Source of the DNA: an uncultured delta proteobacterium
Lineage (GTDB): Bacteria > Desulfobacterota > Binatia > Binatales > Binataceae
DNA length: 64,000 nucleotides
Direction: 5' to 3'
Assembly: GCA_963842085.1 (NCBI GenBank)
Contig: CAWJET010000002.1
Location: 32,001-96,000 of the forward strand
A program made the position numbers and the translations under genes. Of this stretch, positions 41,035 through 51,716 are shown piece after piece. How positions within the stretch are numbered: the stretch's first letter is position 1; every line of letters begins with the position of its first letter. The notes beneath the pieces are model-generated. The model had not been told where the DNA came from. It worked only from the letters and a program-made list of their open reading frames with translations, and did not search any database.

Positions 41035-42624
41035 ATGCCATCCTCCACGCCACTGAAATACGTGCTGGCCATCGACATGGGCTCCGGCAGCACAAAGGTT
41101 GCCGTCGTCTCGAGCGCGGGCGAGGTCGTTGCATCGGCAATGCGCCATACGACCACGAAGTTCATGGCGGGTGGAGCGGTCGAGCAGGATCCCGAGGAAT
41201 GGTGGCGCTCCGTGTGCGACGCCGCGAAGGAGGCGATCGCAGCCTCGCACGTGCCGGCGGATCAAATCATCGCCATTGCATGCACCACGCTGTGGGCTGT
41301 GACGGTGGCCGTTGACGAGGGCGGCACCGCAATCGGCAACGCGATCTCGTGGATGGACACGCGGGGTGCGAAATACAATCGTGCGATCGCGGGCGGATGG
41401 CCGCGAATCCAGGGTTACGGCCTGTTCAAGGTGCTCAAGTGGCTGCGCTTCACGGGCGGCGCGCCGGTTCAATCGGGGGTCGACGGCCTCGGGCACATCC
41501 TGTTCATCAAGCATGAGCGTCCCGAGGTATATGCGCGGACCTTCAAGTTTCTCGAGCCGATGGATTACCTCAACCTGCGGCTCACCGGGCAATTCGCGGC
41601 CTCGTACGCGACGATGTTCACCTATTGGCTGACCGATATTCGCAACCCTAACCGGATTGACTACGTGCCTGAGTTGCTTGCGATGGCCGGCGTCGATCGC
41701 GCCAAGTTGCCGGACTTGCGGCCAGTCAACACTGTGCTCGGCACCGTCAAGCCCGAAGTCGCAGCGGACCTGGGCCTGGCGCCGTCCACTCGCGTCGTGA
41801 TGGGCTCCTGCGACGGACATGCTGCGACTTTGGGCGCGGGGACCGTGCGCGACTACGAGGGCTACTTCTATATCGGCACCACGGCGTGGATGAGTTGCCA
41901 CGTGCTGGCGAAGAAGACCGATCCGATCCACATGCTGACCGCGATGCCGGCCGCGCTGCCGGGCCGTTACATGGTCGGCGCGGAACAAGGCGCGGCGGGA
42001 CGCAGTCTCGAATTTCTGAAAGACATCCTGTATCCGGCGGGAAGCGCGAATTCCCCCGCCGACGTTTACGCCGACATGAATCGGCTCGCGGCGGAGGTCG
42101 CGCCGGGGAGCGACGGCTTGATCTTCACGCCATGGATCAACGGCGTGCTCGCGCCGCACGAGGATGCGTCGACGCGCAGCGCCTTCTTCAATCAGACCGC
42201 GCGCACCAGCCGCGGCCATTACGTCCGGGCGGTTATGGAAGGCGTCGCGTACAACCTGCGATGGCTCAAGGGCCACGTCGAGAAGTTCATCGGGCGGCCG
42301 TTCGAGCAGCTCAATTTCATCGGCGGTGGCGCGAGCTCCGACCTATGGTGCCAGATCCAGGCCGACGTGCTCGGATGCCCGGTCCGGCAGGTCGCCAATC
42401 CGCGCAATGCCAACGCGGTGGGCGCCGCGATGGCGGCGTTTGCCGCGCTCGGCGAGGTCGCGATCGAGGACATCTCCGCACGGGTGAAGATCGCCGCCGA
42501 GTATCGGTCAATCGAGAGCAACCGGCGAATCTACGATCGCCAGTTCCGCGAGTTCCTGGAGTTCTACAAGCGCAACCGCGCGATCTACCGCCGCCTCAAC
42601 CCGGTCGCGCGCGCGTCGGATTAA
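41035..42624 (+). CDS. FGGY-family carbohydrate kinase
   Basis: IDMGSGSTK, EQDP..WW, W.DTRG, RAVMEGVA, GGGA.S. Confidence 0.92.
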   Translation: MPSSTPLKYVLAIDMGSGSTKVAVVSSAGEVVASAMRHTTTKFMAGGAVEQDPEEWWRSVCDAAKEAIAASHVPADQIIAIACTTLWAVTVAVDEGGTAIGNAISWMDTRGAKYNRAIAGGWPRIQGYGLFKVLKWLRFTGGAPVQSGVDGLGHILFIKHERPEVYARTFKFLEPMDYLNLRLTGQFAASYATMFTYWLTDIRNPNRIDYVPELLAMAGVDRAKLPDLRPVNTVLGTVKPEVAADLGLAPSTRVVMGSCDGHAATLGAGTVRDYEGYFYIGTTAWMSCHVLAKKTDPIHMLTAMPAALPGRYMVGAEQGAAGRSLEFLKDILYPAGSANSPADVYADMNRLAAEVAPGSDGLIFTPWINGVLAPHEDASTRSAFFNQTARTSRGHYVRAVMEGVAYNLRWLKGHVEKFIGRPFEQLNFIGGGASSDLWCQIQADVLGCPVRQVANPRNANAVGAAMAAFAALGEVAIEDISARVKIAAEYRSIESNRRIYDRQFREFLEFYKRNRAIYRRLNPVARASD

Positions 42625-42680
42625 ACCTGGCGATGGACTAGTATTCAAATCGACGAGAGATCTCTCCAAGGAGTCGTACC

Positions 42681-44108
42681 ATGCCCAAGGCAGCGAAGAA
42701 GCAGCAAGAGCCCTCCGGACCTTTCGGAGATATGTTCCCCTATCGCGAAACCTTCGAGACCTGGCGCGAGCTGCCCAGCAAGAGCCGCCGGCCCGAGGAC
42801 GTCATGCGCGAGCTGCGCAGCATCGCGCGCGAGGAAAACGCGCGCTGGCAGACCGGCCAGATCTCCGGCACCTACTACCACGGCGGCATGGAGCATTACG
42901 CTTACCTCAACCGCGTGTTCTCGCTCTTCTCGCACGTCAACCTGCTGCAGCGCGACATGTGCCCGAGCGGCACCAAGTTCGAGGGCGAGATAATCGCGAT
43001 GACGGCGCGGATGCTCGGCGCGGAGCTGGCGCGCGAGAACGATCCGCAGGCCGACGTCTGCGGGGCGATCACCTCGGGCGGCACCGAGAGCATCATCCTG
43101 CCGATGCTGGCGTATCGGGAGAAAGCCAAGGCCGAGCGCGCAATCACGGCGCCCGAGATGGTGGTGCCGGAGACGATTCACCCGGCATTTTCCAAGGGCG
43201 CGCACTTTTTCGGAATCAAGTTGGTTCGCGTGCCGGTCGGCCCCGACTACCTGGCCGATGTGGACGCGATGCGGCGCGCGATCGGGCCCAACACCATCGC
43301 GCTCGCCGGCTCGGCGGCCAACTATCCGCACGGGCTGATCGATCCGATCGAGAAGTTGTCCGACCTCGCGCTTGAAGCCGGCGTCGGGCTGCACGTCGAT
43401 AGCTGCTTCGGCGGTTTCATCCTGCCGTGGATCGCAAAGCTCGGATATGACATTCCGCCGTTCGATTTCCGCCTGCCCGGCGTCACCTCGATGTCCTGCG
43501 ATACGCACAAATGGGGCTACGGGCTGAAGGGCGCGTCGGTCGTGCTCTATCGCAATGGCGGGTTACGCCGGCGCATGTATTTTTCGATGACCGACTGGCA
43601 GGGCGGGTTGTATGCGTCGCCGACCGTCGCGGGCAGCCGCTCGGAGGGTATCAGCGCATCGACCTGGGCCGCGATGGTCACGCTCGGCGAGGAGGGCTAC
43701 CTGAAAGCGACCCGCCGGATCATGAAGGCAGCAGACACGATCACGTCGGGAGTCGCGAAAATCCCGGAGCTCAAGATTATCGGCAAGCCGACCTACTGCA
43801 TCGCGTTCACCTCCGACAAGGTCGACATCTACCACGTTAACGATTATCTCGCGGAGCGTGGATGGCGCCTCAACGGGCTTCAGAAGCCCGCGGGCTTTCA
43901 TCTATGCGTCACCTTGCCGCAGACGCTGCCGGGAGTGGCGACGCGTTTCGTCAGGGACATCGCGGCCGGCGTCGAATACGCGAAGAATCCGCCGGCGACG
44001 CCCGCACGCAGCGGCGCTGTGTACGGTGGCGGCGCGGCCTCGCTCGAGCCGTCGATGGTGAATGAACTGATGCTCGCGTGGCTCGACGCCAGCACCGAAG
44101 TCCCGTGA
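42681..44108 (+). CDS. PLP-dependent sphingosine-1-phosphate lyase-like enzyme
   Basis: SGTYY, TSGGTES, HVDSCFGG, PFDFRLPGVTSMSCDTHKWG, GSRS. Confidence 0.85.
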   Translation: MPKAAKKQQEPSGPFGDMFPYRETFETWRELPSKSRRPEDVMRELRSIAREENARWQTGQISGTYYHGGMEHYAYLNRVFSLFSHVNLLQRDMCPSGTKFEGEIIAMTARMLGAELARENDPQADVCGAITSGGTESIILPMLAYREKAKAERAITAPEMVVPETIHPAFSKGAHFFGIKLVRVPVGPDYLADVDAMRRAIGPNTIALAGSAANYPHGLIDPIEKLSDLALEAGVGLHVDSCFGGFILPWIAKLGYDIPPFDFRLPGVTSMSCDTHKWGYGLKGASVVLYRNGGLRRRMYFSMTDWQGGLYASPTVAGSRSEGISASTWAAMVTLGEEGYLKATRRIMKAADTITSGVAKIPELKIIGKPTYCIAFTSDKVDIYHVNDYLAERGWRLNGLQKPAGFHLCVTLPQTLPGVATRFVRDIAAGVEYAKNPPATPARSGAVYGGGAASLEPSMVNELMLAWLDASTEVP

Positions 44109-44136
44109 CCGGTTCTTTTCCCGGTGAGACCAGCCG

Positions 44137-44946
44137 ATGACGATGGACGATCGCGCGCTCGGGGAGAACATCGCCTTCGCCTGCCATCTGGCGGACCTCG
44201 CGGGACGCACGATCCTGCCGTATTTTCGCGTGCGCCTCGCGGTCGAGAATAAGACTGCCGGTCGTGGCTACGATCCGGTGACGCTCGCCGATCGTGCGGC
44301 GGAGCAGGCGATTCGTGATGAGATTCAGCGCGTCCATCCCGGCCACGGAATCCTCGGCGAGGAGCATGGCTTTGCCGCCGGGACCGACGGGCTGACGTGG
44401 ATCATCGATCCGATCGACGGCACGCGCGCCTTCATTATCGGACAACTGCATTGGGGCGTATTGATCGCGCTCAACGACGGCGCGCGTCCGGTGATTGGCG
44501 TGATGCATCAGCCATACACCGGCGAGACGTTCGTCGGTTCACGCCTGGGCGCAGAACTGAGGCGTAGCGGTACGAGCAATTCGATTCGGGTGCGCGAATG
44601 CAGGCGGCTCGAAGACGCGATCGTCTGTGCGACCGATCCGGCGATGTTCTCCGGTCCGGGCGAGCGCGACGCGTTCCGCCAGCTCGCCTCGAAGGCACGG
44701 ATGAGACGCTACGGCGGCGATTGTTATTCGTACTGCCTGCTCGCCGCGGGCTTAATCGACTTGGTCATTGAATCGGGGCTGCAGCCTTACGATATCCAGC
44801 CGCTCATCCCGATCATCGACGCCGCAGGTGGAGTCGTGACGAGTTGGGCGGGCGGCTCGCCGTACGATGGCGGGCAGATCATCGCCGCCGGCGATCGCGA
44901 GCTGCACAAAATCGCGCTCGCGATGCTCGCACCCGCCGCGCGATAA
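44137..44946 (+). CDS. hisN: Histidinol-phosphatase (inositol monophosphatase family)
   Basis: DPVT.ADR, GEE, DPIDGTRAF, GGDCY.Y, QPYD. Confidence 0.85.
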   Translation: MTMDDRALGENIAFACHLADLAGRTILPYFRVRLAVENKTAGRGYDPVTLADRAAEQAIRDEIQRVHPGHGILGEEHGFAAGTDGLTWIIDPIDGTRAFIIGQLHWGVLIALNDGARPVIGVMHQPYTGETFVGSRLGAELRRSGTSNSIRVRECRRLEDAIVCATDPAMFSGPGERDAFRQLASKARMRRYGGDCYSYCLLAAGLIDLVIESGLQPYDIQPLIPIIDAAGGVVTSWAGGSPYDGGQIIAAGDRELHKIALAMLAPAAR

Positions 44947-44980
44947 CTAATCCGGTCGCGTCGGTCCCTCTCTGGCCTTT

Positions 44981-45202
44981 TCAGGCCACGGAGTCGCCTT
45001 CCAGCCGGAATCCGATGCGCACCTCCACCTGGAAAGTCGGAGCGCCGGCTCTGTTCACCGCGCCGCGAATATTTCCCACCTCGAACCAGTCGATATTCCG
45101 GATCGTCTGGCGGGCCTTGGTTATGGCGTTGCGCACCGCTTGCTGGATGCTGTCCTCGGACACGCCGACGACCTCGATTATCTTGTACGTCTTATCCGGC
45201 AT
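44981..45202 (-). CDS. Dodecin (flavin-binding)
   Basis: YKIIEVVGVS...RNIDWFEV..IRG...FQV..IGFRL; AGGAG RBS. Confidence 0.92.
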   Translation of the reverse strand: MPDKTYKIIEVVGVSEDSIQQAVRNAITKARQTIRNIDWFEVGNIRGAVNRAGAPTFQVEVRIGFRLEGDSVA

Positions 45203-45334
45203 CGGACTCTCCTTTGCGTGAGAGACACATCGCGGATGCGCGACGCCTCCGCTGGCATCTGGCTCTCCTGCTGCTCTATTCCGAATATCCGGCGGCGCGC
45301 AAGCCTGTCGCCGTCCGCGAATTTGACTGACGCG

Positions 45335-45427
45335 AAAATATAGGCCCGGCAGGGCTGGCGCCGCAAAGCGGGGGAGGCGCTGCGGCTACCAACCCTGCCG
45401 GGAGGGGGGAGGCTTAGTTATCGATCA
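45335..45427 (-). ncRNA. Candidate sigma54-dependent sRNA with CCUCCCC motifs
   Basis: Long stem (45345-45354 pairing with 45393-45402 plus inner helices), apical loop CCUCCCC, 5' CCUCCCCCCU, 3' UAUAUUUU. Confidence 0.6.
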
Positions 45428-45437
45428 CCTGCTATCG

Positions 45438-45453
45438 AGCAATCCTGATGCCA
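45438..45453 (-). promoter_or_regulatory. sigma54 promoter
   Basis: Minus strand TGGCATCAGGATTGCT (GG-N10-GC, TTGCT). Confidence 0.75.
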
Positions 45454-45596
45454 CCAAGCTCGACAGGAATTTCGCACGGCCCACGTGTTTTTTTGCCGTT
45501 TAAGGGCCGTTCGCGAGTGAGAACTGTGTAATAGCTACCCGGAAGTGAGCTGAATTGCAGGTCGAAGAGCTGGAACAGCGGCTATCCGCGGGCGCG

Positions 45597-46343
45597 CTAA
45601 GGTGTGGACGGAATAGCGGAGTCGGCGAGTTTGGGGAGCGGTTCGAGCAGGGTTGAGGCTTTGGTGGCGAGACTCATCGCGGCGACGCTGTCGCGCTCGG
45701 TGAGAGCCTCCTTGGCATCCTGCAACAGCCGCTGGGCGAGAATATCGCGTTGAGAATAGTCGCTGCTCAAATTATTGCGGTCGACTCGTTTTTCGATTCT
45801 GTCGATGTCCTCGATCATTTTCGCCGCCTTGGCGGGATTGGCGTCGCCCGGCGCCCCGGATGCTTCCGACGCCGGCGGACTCAGCGTCGGTGTTCCCGCT
45901 TCAGGCGCGATGCTCGCGGCTGACGCCGCCGCTGCCGGAGTTGCGCGAGCGCCGGCTGGCGTTGCGCCCGGATTGTTCTCCAGACTCACGTCGGGGTTCG
46001 CGCCGGAGGTCTTGACCTGGTTGGACGTATTGGGCGGCTGCTTCGACGTAGTCGCGGCTCGCCTGCCAGTTTTCCTGCTCTCGTGTTCCTTGTTGATTTC
46101 TTCCGCCTCCGGAGTTGCCGAAGGAGGCGCAACTGTCGGCGGAGTCGGAGTAGCGGTCGGCGTCGGAGATTGGGCAGGCGATGATCTGGTAAAGAAATTC
46201 GTGATTTGCGCCATGCTCGGCGTGCCGCCAGAGCATCCGGCCAGAAACATCAATAGGAACGAAAGTGCGACGAGGATCGGCAGAATGAGCGGCCGATTGA
46301 TTCGCTCAGGCAGCGCTGGGAACCGCTGATTTGGCAGGCGCAT
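45597..46343 (-). CDS. Lipoprotein with Pro/Thr/Ala-rich linker and helical C-terminal domain
   Basis: Lipobox LAGC; overlaps the kinase 3' end; start uncertain. Confidence 0.75.
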   Translation of the reverse strand: MRLPNQRFPALPERINRPLILPILVALSFLLMFLAGCSGGTPSMAQITNFFTRSSPAQSPTPTATPTPPTVAPPSATPEAEEINKEHESRKTGRRAATTSKQPPNTSNQVKTSGANPDVSLENNPGATPAGARATPAAAASAASIAPEAGTPTLSPPASEASGAPGDANPAKAAKMIEDIDRIEKRVDRNNLSSDYSQRDILAQRLLQDAKEALTERDSVAAMSLATKASTLLEPLPKLADSAIPSTP

Positions 46344-48111
46344 TGGCTGCAATCGGAATCGTAACCTTGCACACCGTACCTTGACCCAATTCCGACTCGA
46401 TCGCTATCTTCCCGCCGTTTAGTTCGATCGCCCGCATCGCGAACGGCAGGCCGAGCCCACTCCCGCCGGCTTTGGTGGTGAAATACAAGTCGAAGATCCG
46501 GTCCAGCTGCTCCTTGCTCATGCCCGGACCGCGGTCGGCGATTGTGACTTCGACTGCCGGGCCCTGCGACCGGCTGGCAAGCGTCAACCCTCCGCCGTCG
46601 GGCATCGCCTGTTCGGCGTTGGTTATCAAATTGGTCAGCGCTTCGTAAATCAGGCCGCGATCCGCTTGCACCGACGGCAGCGCGGGGTCGAGCTGGTACT
46701 CGACCTTGATCCGCTCGCTGTTGACGCGCGCGCCGAGTTCCTTGAGTAACGCGTTCATGTCGAAGTCGCTCAGCTTCAGTTGCTCGGGCCGCATGAACCG
46801 CAGCAGCGCCTCGACCGCTTCGTCGAGGCGGGTCACCTCATGGCGCAGCTTGTCGATGTGCTTGGCGCCCGCGTCGCCGGCTTCGCGGCGCAGCAGCTCG
46901 AGCCGCATGTTCATCCCGTTGAGCGGGCTGCGCAGTTGATGGGCCAGGCCGGAGATCAGCGTCCCCAGACGCGCGAGCCGATTCGACGAATCGAGCGCGG
47001 TTTCGAGTTCGATCACCGGCGCCAAGTCTCTGAGCACGATCAGCAGGCCGGCTGGAACCCGTTCGCGGCCCAGGCGAAAAAACGAAACCAGGTAGGTGCC
47101 GCCCGCCGGCAGCGCCAGCGGCACGTCGTGCGCTTCGGTGCCGGCCACCGTGGATTGCACCAGCGCCAGCAGCGGATGCCCGGGGTCGAGCGCCGAGGCG
47201 AGCGAGGCGCCCTCGAGCGCGCTGTTTTTCGGCGCCAGCCGCTCCTGCGCTTCCTTGTTCGCGAACAGCACCACGCCGTTGGCGTCGAGCAGCACCACCG
47301 CGTCCTGGATCGAACGGACCACGTCAAACAGATGCGCCTGATCGCTGTCCAGCCGCGACCGATCCTCCCGTACCTGGCGCGACAGTTCATTGAACTTCTC
47401 GGCCAGCGTGCTCAACTCGCCGGTTCCCGAGACCCTCATCTCCGAGGGACTCTTGCCGGCCGCCAGCTGCTCGAACCCGCGCGTCAGGACTGCGAGTTGT
47501 TCGAGAATCCGGTTGGCGATGAGCAACACCACGAGCATCGCGGCCGCGATCACCAGCGCCGCGGTGGCCACGATCACCACCAGCAGACGGCGGGCCTGGT
47601 CGGCAATCAGCGCCGTCGTCACTCCGATCGAGATTGTCACCGCCGGCCGGTTGTTGATGTCCACCTGGCGCCGCGCCTCGTAAACCTTGGCTGTCAGCAG
47701 ACTGGGCAGCGACATGAACAGCAGCCATCGCGAGGCCTGGTCGTCCAGCTCCCTGACCGACGGCAGAGTGAGCGCGGGCTTGCCCTCGCCGTCGCCGTTG
47801 GCCGCCACGATTACGGTGCCGTCGTTGCCGACGATCTGCGCGGACACCACCGCCGGACCAAAGGCAACCGTCGAGTCGAGCAGCCTGCGCAGCGGTTCGC
47901 TGCCGCGCAGCGCGGCCGGAACGTCGCCTTCGCCCTGGGAGAGAGCGAGGCGCACCTGTTCGAAGATCTGCGCGATCATGAAGTCGGCCGAGCGCGACAT
48001 GCCGTCGACCATTGTGTTGACGCGGGAGTCGAGCGAGATGATGCTCAGCGCGACGGTCGGAACCAGCATCAGCATGAGAGCAATAAGGGCCAGTCTTGCT
48101 CGCAGTTGCAT
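46306..48111 (-). CDS. Sensor histidine kinase (periplasmic, HAMP, PAS, HisKA, HATPase)
   Basis: LAHQLRSPL, NLITNA, DRGPG, FTTK..GSGLGL. Confidence 0.95.
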   Translation of the reverse strand: MQLRARLALIALMLMLVPTVALSIISLDSRVNTMVDGMSRSADFMIAQIFEQVRLALSQGEGDVPAALRGSEPLRRLLDSTVAFGPAVVSAQIVGNDGTVIVAANGDGEGKPALTLPSVRELDDQASRWLLFMSLPSLLTAKVYEARRQVDINNRPAVTISIGVTTALIADQARRLLVVIVATAALVIAAAMLVVLLIANRILEQLAVLTRGFEQLAAGKSPSEMRVSGTGELSTLAEKFNELSRQVREDRSRLDSDQAHLFDVVRSIQDAVVLLDANGVVLFANKEAQERLAPKNSALEGASLASALDPGHPLLALVQSTVAGTEAHDVPLALPAGGTYLVSFFRLGRERVPAGLLIVLRDLAPVIELETALDSSNRLARLGTLISGLAHQLRSPLNGMNMRLELLRREAGDAGAKHIDKLRHEVTRLDEAVEALLRFMRPEQLKLSDFDMNALLKELGARVNSERIKVEYQLDPALPSVQADRGLIYEALTNLITNAEQAMPDGGGLTLASRSQGPAVEVTIADRGPGMSKEQLDRIFDLYFTTKAGGSGLGLPFAMRAIELNGGKIAIESELGQGTVCKVTIPIAANAPAKSAVPSAA

Positions 48112-48176
48112 GGTCTCCCCGCACGCTCAGCCGGTAGGGTAACTCCGCGATCTTACATCGCGGTCGCTTGGGCCAC

Positions 48177-49544
<1,368 letters not shown>

Positions 49545-49714
49545 AGATCTCCGCGAATTGTCAATGACTTGTGATGTGCAATAACCGTGCACACGTTGCG
49601 TTCCGAAAATCCCATAATTTATCGACTGTTTTGGCTCAGAGCCCCGAGCCTGGCATCTGTAAGATTTACCGATATCGGCGCGTTCCACCTTCCTAGCTGG
49701 TTTACACTATTGAC

Positions 49715-51511
49715 TCAACGCGCAGATCGATGAGCTGCAGGACCTTCAACCTGCATGAGATTGTGGGCAGTGTTGACCAACGAGACATGCGTGAAGGCTT
49801 GCGGAAAATTACCGAGCTGGCGTTTGAGAACGGGATCGTATTCCTCGGACAGCAGGCCCACGTCATTGCGTAAATCGAGCAGACGCTCGAACAGCGCGCG
49901 CGCCTCCTGATCACGGCCAGCGAGTGCAAGGTTGTCCGCGAGCCAGAACGTGCACGGCAGGAACGCCCCTTCGCCCGGCGGAAGTCCGTCGACGGCGGTC
50001 TCGGTCGGGTACCTGAGCACCAAACCGTGATAGATCAGCTCACGTTGAATTGCGTGGACAGTTGAGATTACGCGCGGATCGTTGGCCGGCAGAAAGCCGA
50101 CCAGCGGAATCATCAGCACTGACGCGTCGAGCGATTTTGAACCGTAGTACTGGACGAAGGCATTGCGCTCGGTGTCGAAGCCACGCTCGCAAACGTCGCG
50201 ATGGATCTCGTCGCGCAAGGCAAGCCAGCGGTCCAAAGGCCCCTCGCCATAACCTCGGCGAATATCCTTGACCGAGCGATCGACCGCTACCCACGCCATC
50301 ACCTTGGAATGCGTGAAATCGCGCCGCGGACCGCGCACCTCCCAGATTCCCTCATCCGCCTGCTTCCAGCCCGACTCGAGGAAGTCCATCAGCGTGCTTT
50401 GAAGGCGCCAGGCGTCATCGTTACGCTCCAGTTTGTACTTGCGTGCGACGTGGAGCGTGTCGATCACTTCGCCGTATACGTCGAGTTGAAATTGCTCATG
50501 CGCGGCGTTGCCGATGCGCACCGGAGCGCTATTCTCATAGCCGGGCAGCCATGGAAGCTCTGACTCGGTAAGCATCCGCTCGCCCGCAACTCCATACATA
50601 ATCTGGGTATCTTGCGGATGGCCTGCTATCGCTCTGAGCAGCCATTCCCGCCACGCACGCGCCTCATCCGTATAGCCGGAAATCAGCAATGCATAGAGCG
50701 TAAAGGTCGAGTCGCGCAGCCAGCTATAGCGATAGTCCCAGTTGCGCGGACCGCCCAGACTTTCGGGAAGAGAAGTAGTCGGCGCGGCGACAATCCCTCC
50801 CGTCGGCGCGTAGGTGAGAGCCTTCAGCGTGATAAGGGAGCGTACGACGGTGTCGCGCCATTCGCCCCGGCAACCGCAGCGGCCGGCCCAGTCGCGCCAC
50901 CATTGTTCGGTGGCTGAGAGCATGCGGAGCGGATCGTCTTCGCCCGGCTCGGCTTGATTGGACGGATACCAGGTCAGCCTGAACGGCACGGATTGACCTT
51001 CGGCGACAGTGAATTCCGCGAAGGTAGTATAATCCTCGCTGCGCAGTGGGACCGCCGTTCGCAGCGCGATCGCGTTGGGTCCCGAGACCGCGCTGAGGCC
51101 GTAGTCGCGTCTTCGAACCCATGGGATCGTGCGTCCGTAGTCGAAACGGAAGTTCAGTTCCGCTCGCATCGCAACGCTCCCGCGGATGCCCTGCACGACT
51201 CGAACGACATCGACTTGCTCGGGCCCCTCGGCGATCGGCATGAAGTCGACGACCGTGGCGACGCCGCCGTCGGTCTCGAACTCGGTTTCGAGCAAGAGCG
51301 TATCATCGCGATACCGGCGCCGGACCTGCCTGACCTCGCTCTGCGGCGCCAGGAGCCAACGTCCGTTCTTCTCGTCGCCGAGGATCGAAGCGAAGCACGC
51401 GCCGGAATCAAACCGAGGCAAACATAGCCAGTCGATCGAGCCGGTACGGCTGACGAGCGCCGCCGTGCAGAGGTTTCCAATCAGCGCGTAGTCCTCGATC
51501 GGCCGGCTCAT
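49715..51511 (-). CDS. Glycoside hydrolase family 15 (glucoamylase/trehalase-like)
   Basis: IEDYALIG, RNWDYRYSWLRD, GIWEVRG, LGNFPQAFTH. Confidence 0.95.
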   Translation of the reverse strand: MSRPIEDYALIGNLCTAALVSRTGSIDWLCLPRFDSGACFASILGDEKNGRWLLAPQSEVRQVRRRYRDDTLLLETEFETDGGVATVVDFMPIAEGPEQVDVVRVVQGIRGSVAMRAELNFRFDYGRTIPWVRRRDYGLSAVSGPNAIALRTAVPLRSEDYTTFAEFTVAEGQSVPFRLTWYPSNQAEPGEDDPLRMLSATEQWWRDWAGRCGCRGEWRDTVVRSLITLKALTYAPTGGIVAAPTTSLPESLGGPRNWDYRYSWLRDSTFTLYALLISGYTDEARAWREWLLRAIAGHPQDTQIMYGVAGERMLTESELPWLPGYENSAPVRIGNAAHEQFQLDVYGEVIDTLHVARKYKLERNDDAWRLQSTLMDFLESGWKQADEGIWEVRGPRRDFTHSKVMAWVAVDRSVKDIRRGYGEGPLDRWLALRDEIHRDVCERGFDTERNAFVQYYGSKSLDASVLMIPLVGFLPANDPRVISTVHAIQRELIYHGLVLRYPTETAVDGLPPGEGAFLPCTFWLADNLALAGRDQEARALFERLLDLRNDVGLLSEEYDPVLKRQLGNFPQAFTHVSLVNTAHNLMQVEGPAAHRSAR

Positions 51512-51716
51512 TTGAAAGCTCCCGTTGAATGACCGCCGTCATTCCACTTCAAGATTGCGACAGAGACCGGCGGCAATTCAATCGCGCGGCCCGAGCCGTC
51601 AGGCGCATTAGCTCGGCTCTGAGCGGTCCTCGCTCACCGTCTCCATCGCCGGCGATTGGACGACTGGATAGCGCTCAATTAGAGTGGGTGGCGGCACGGC
51701 TCAGGACTCCTGGCAG

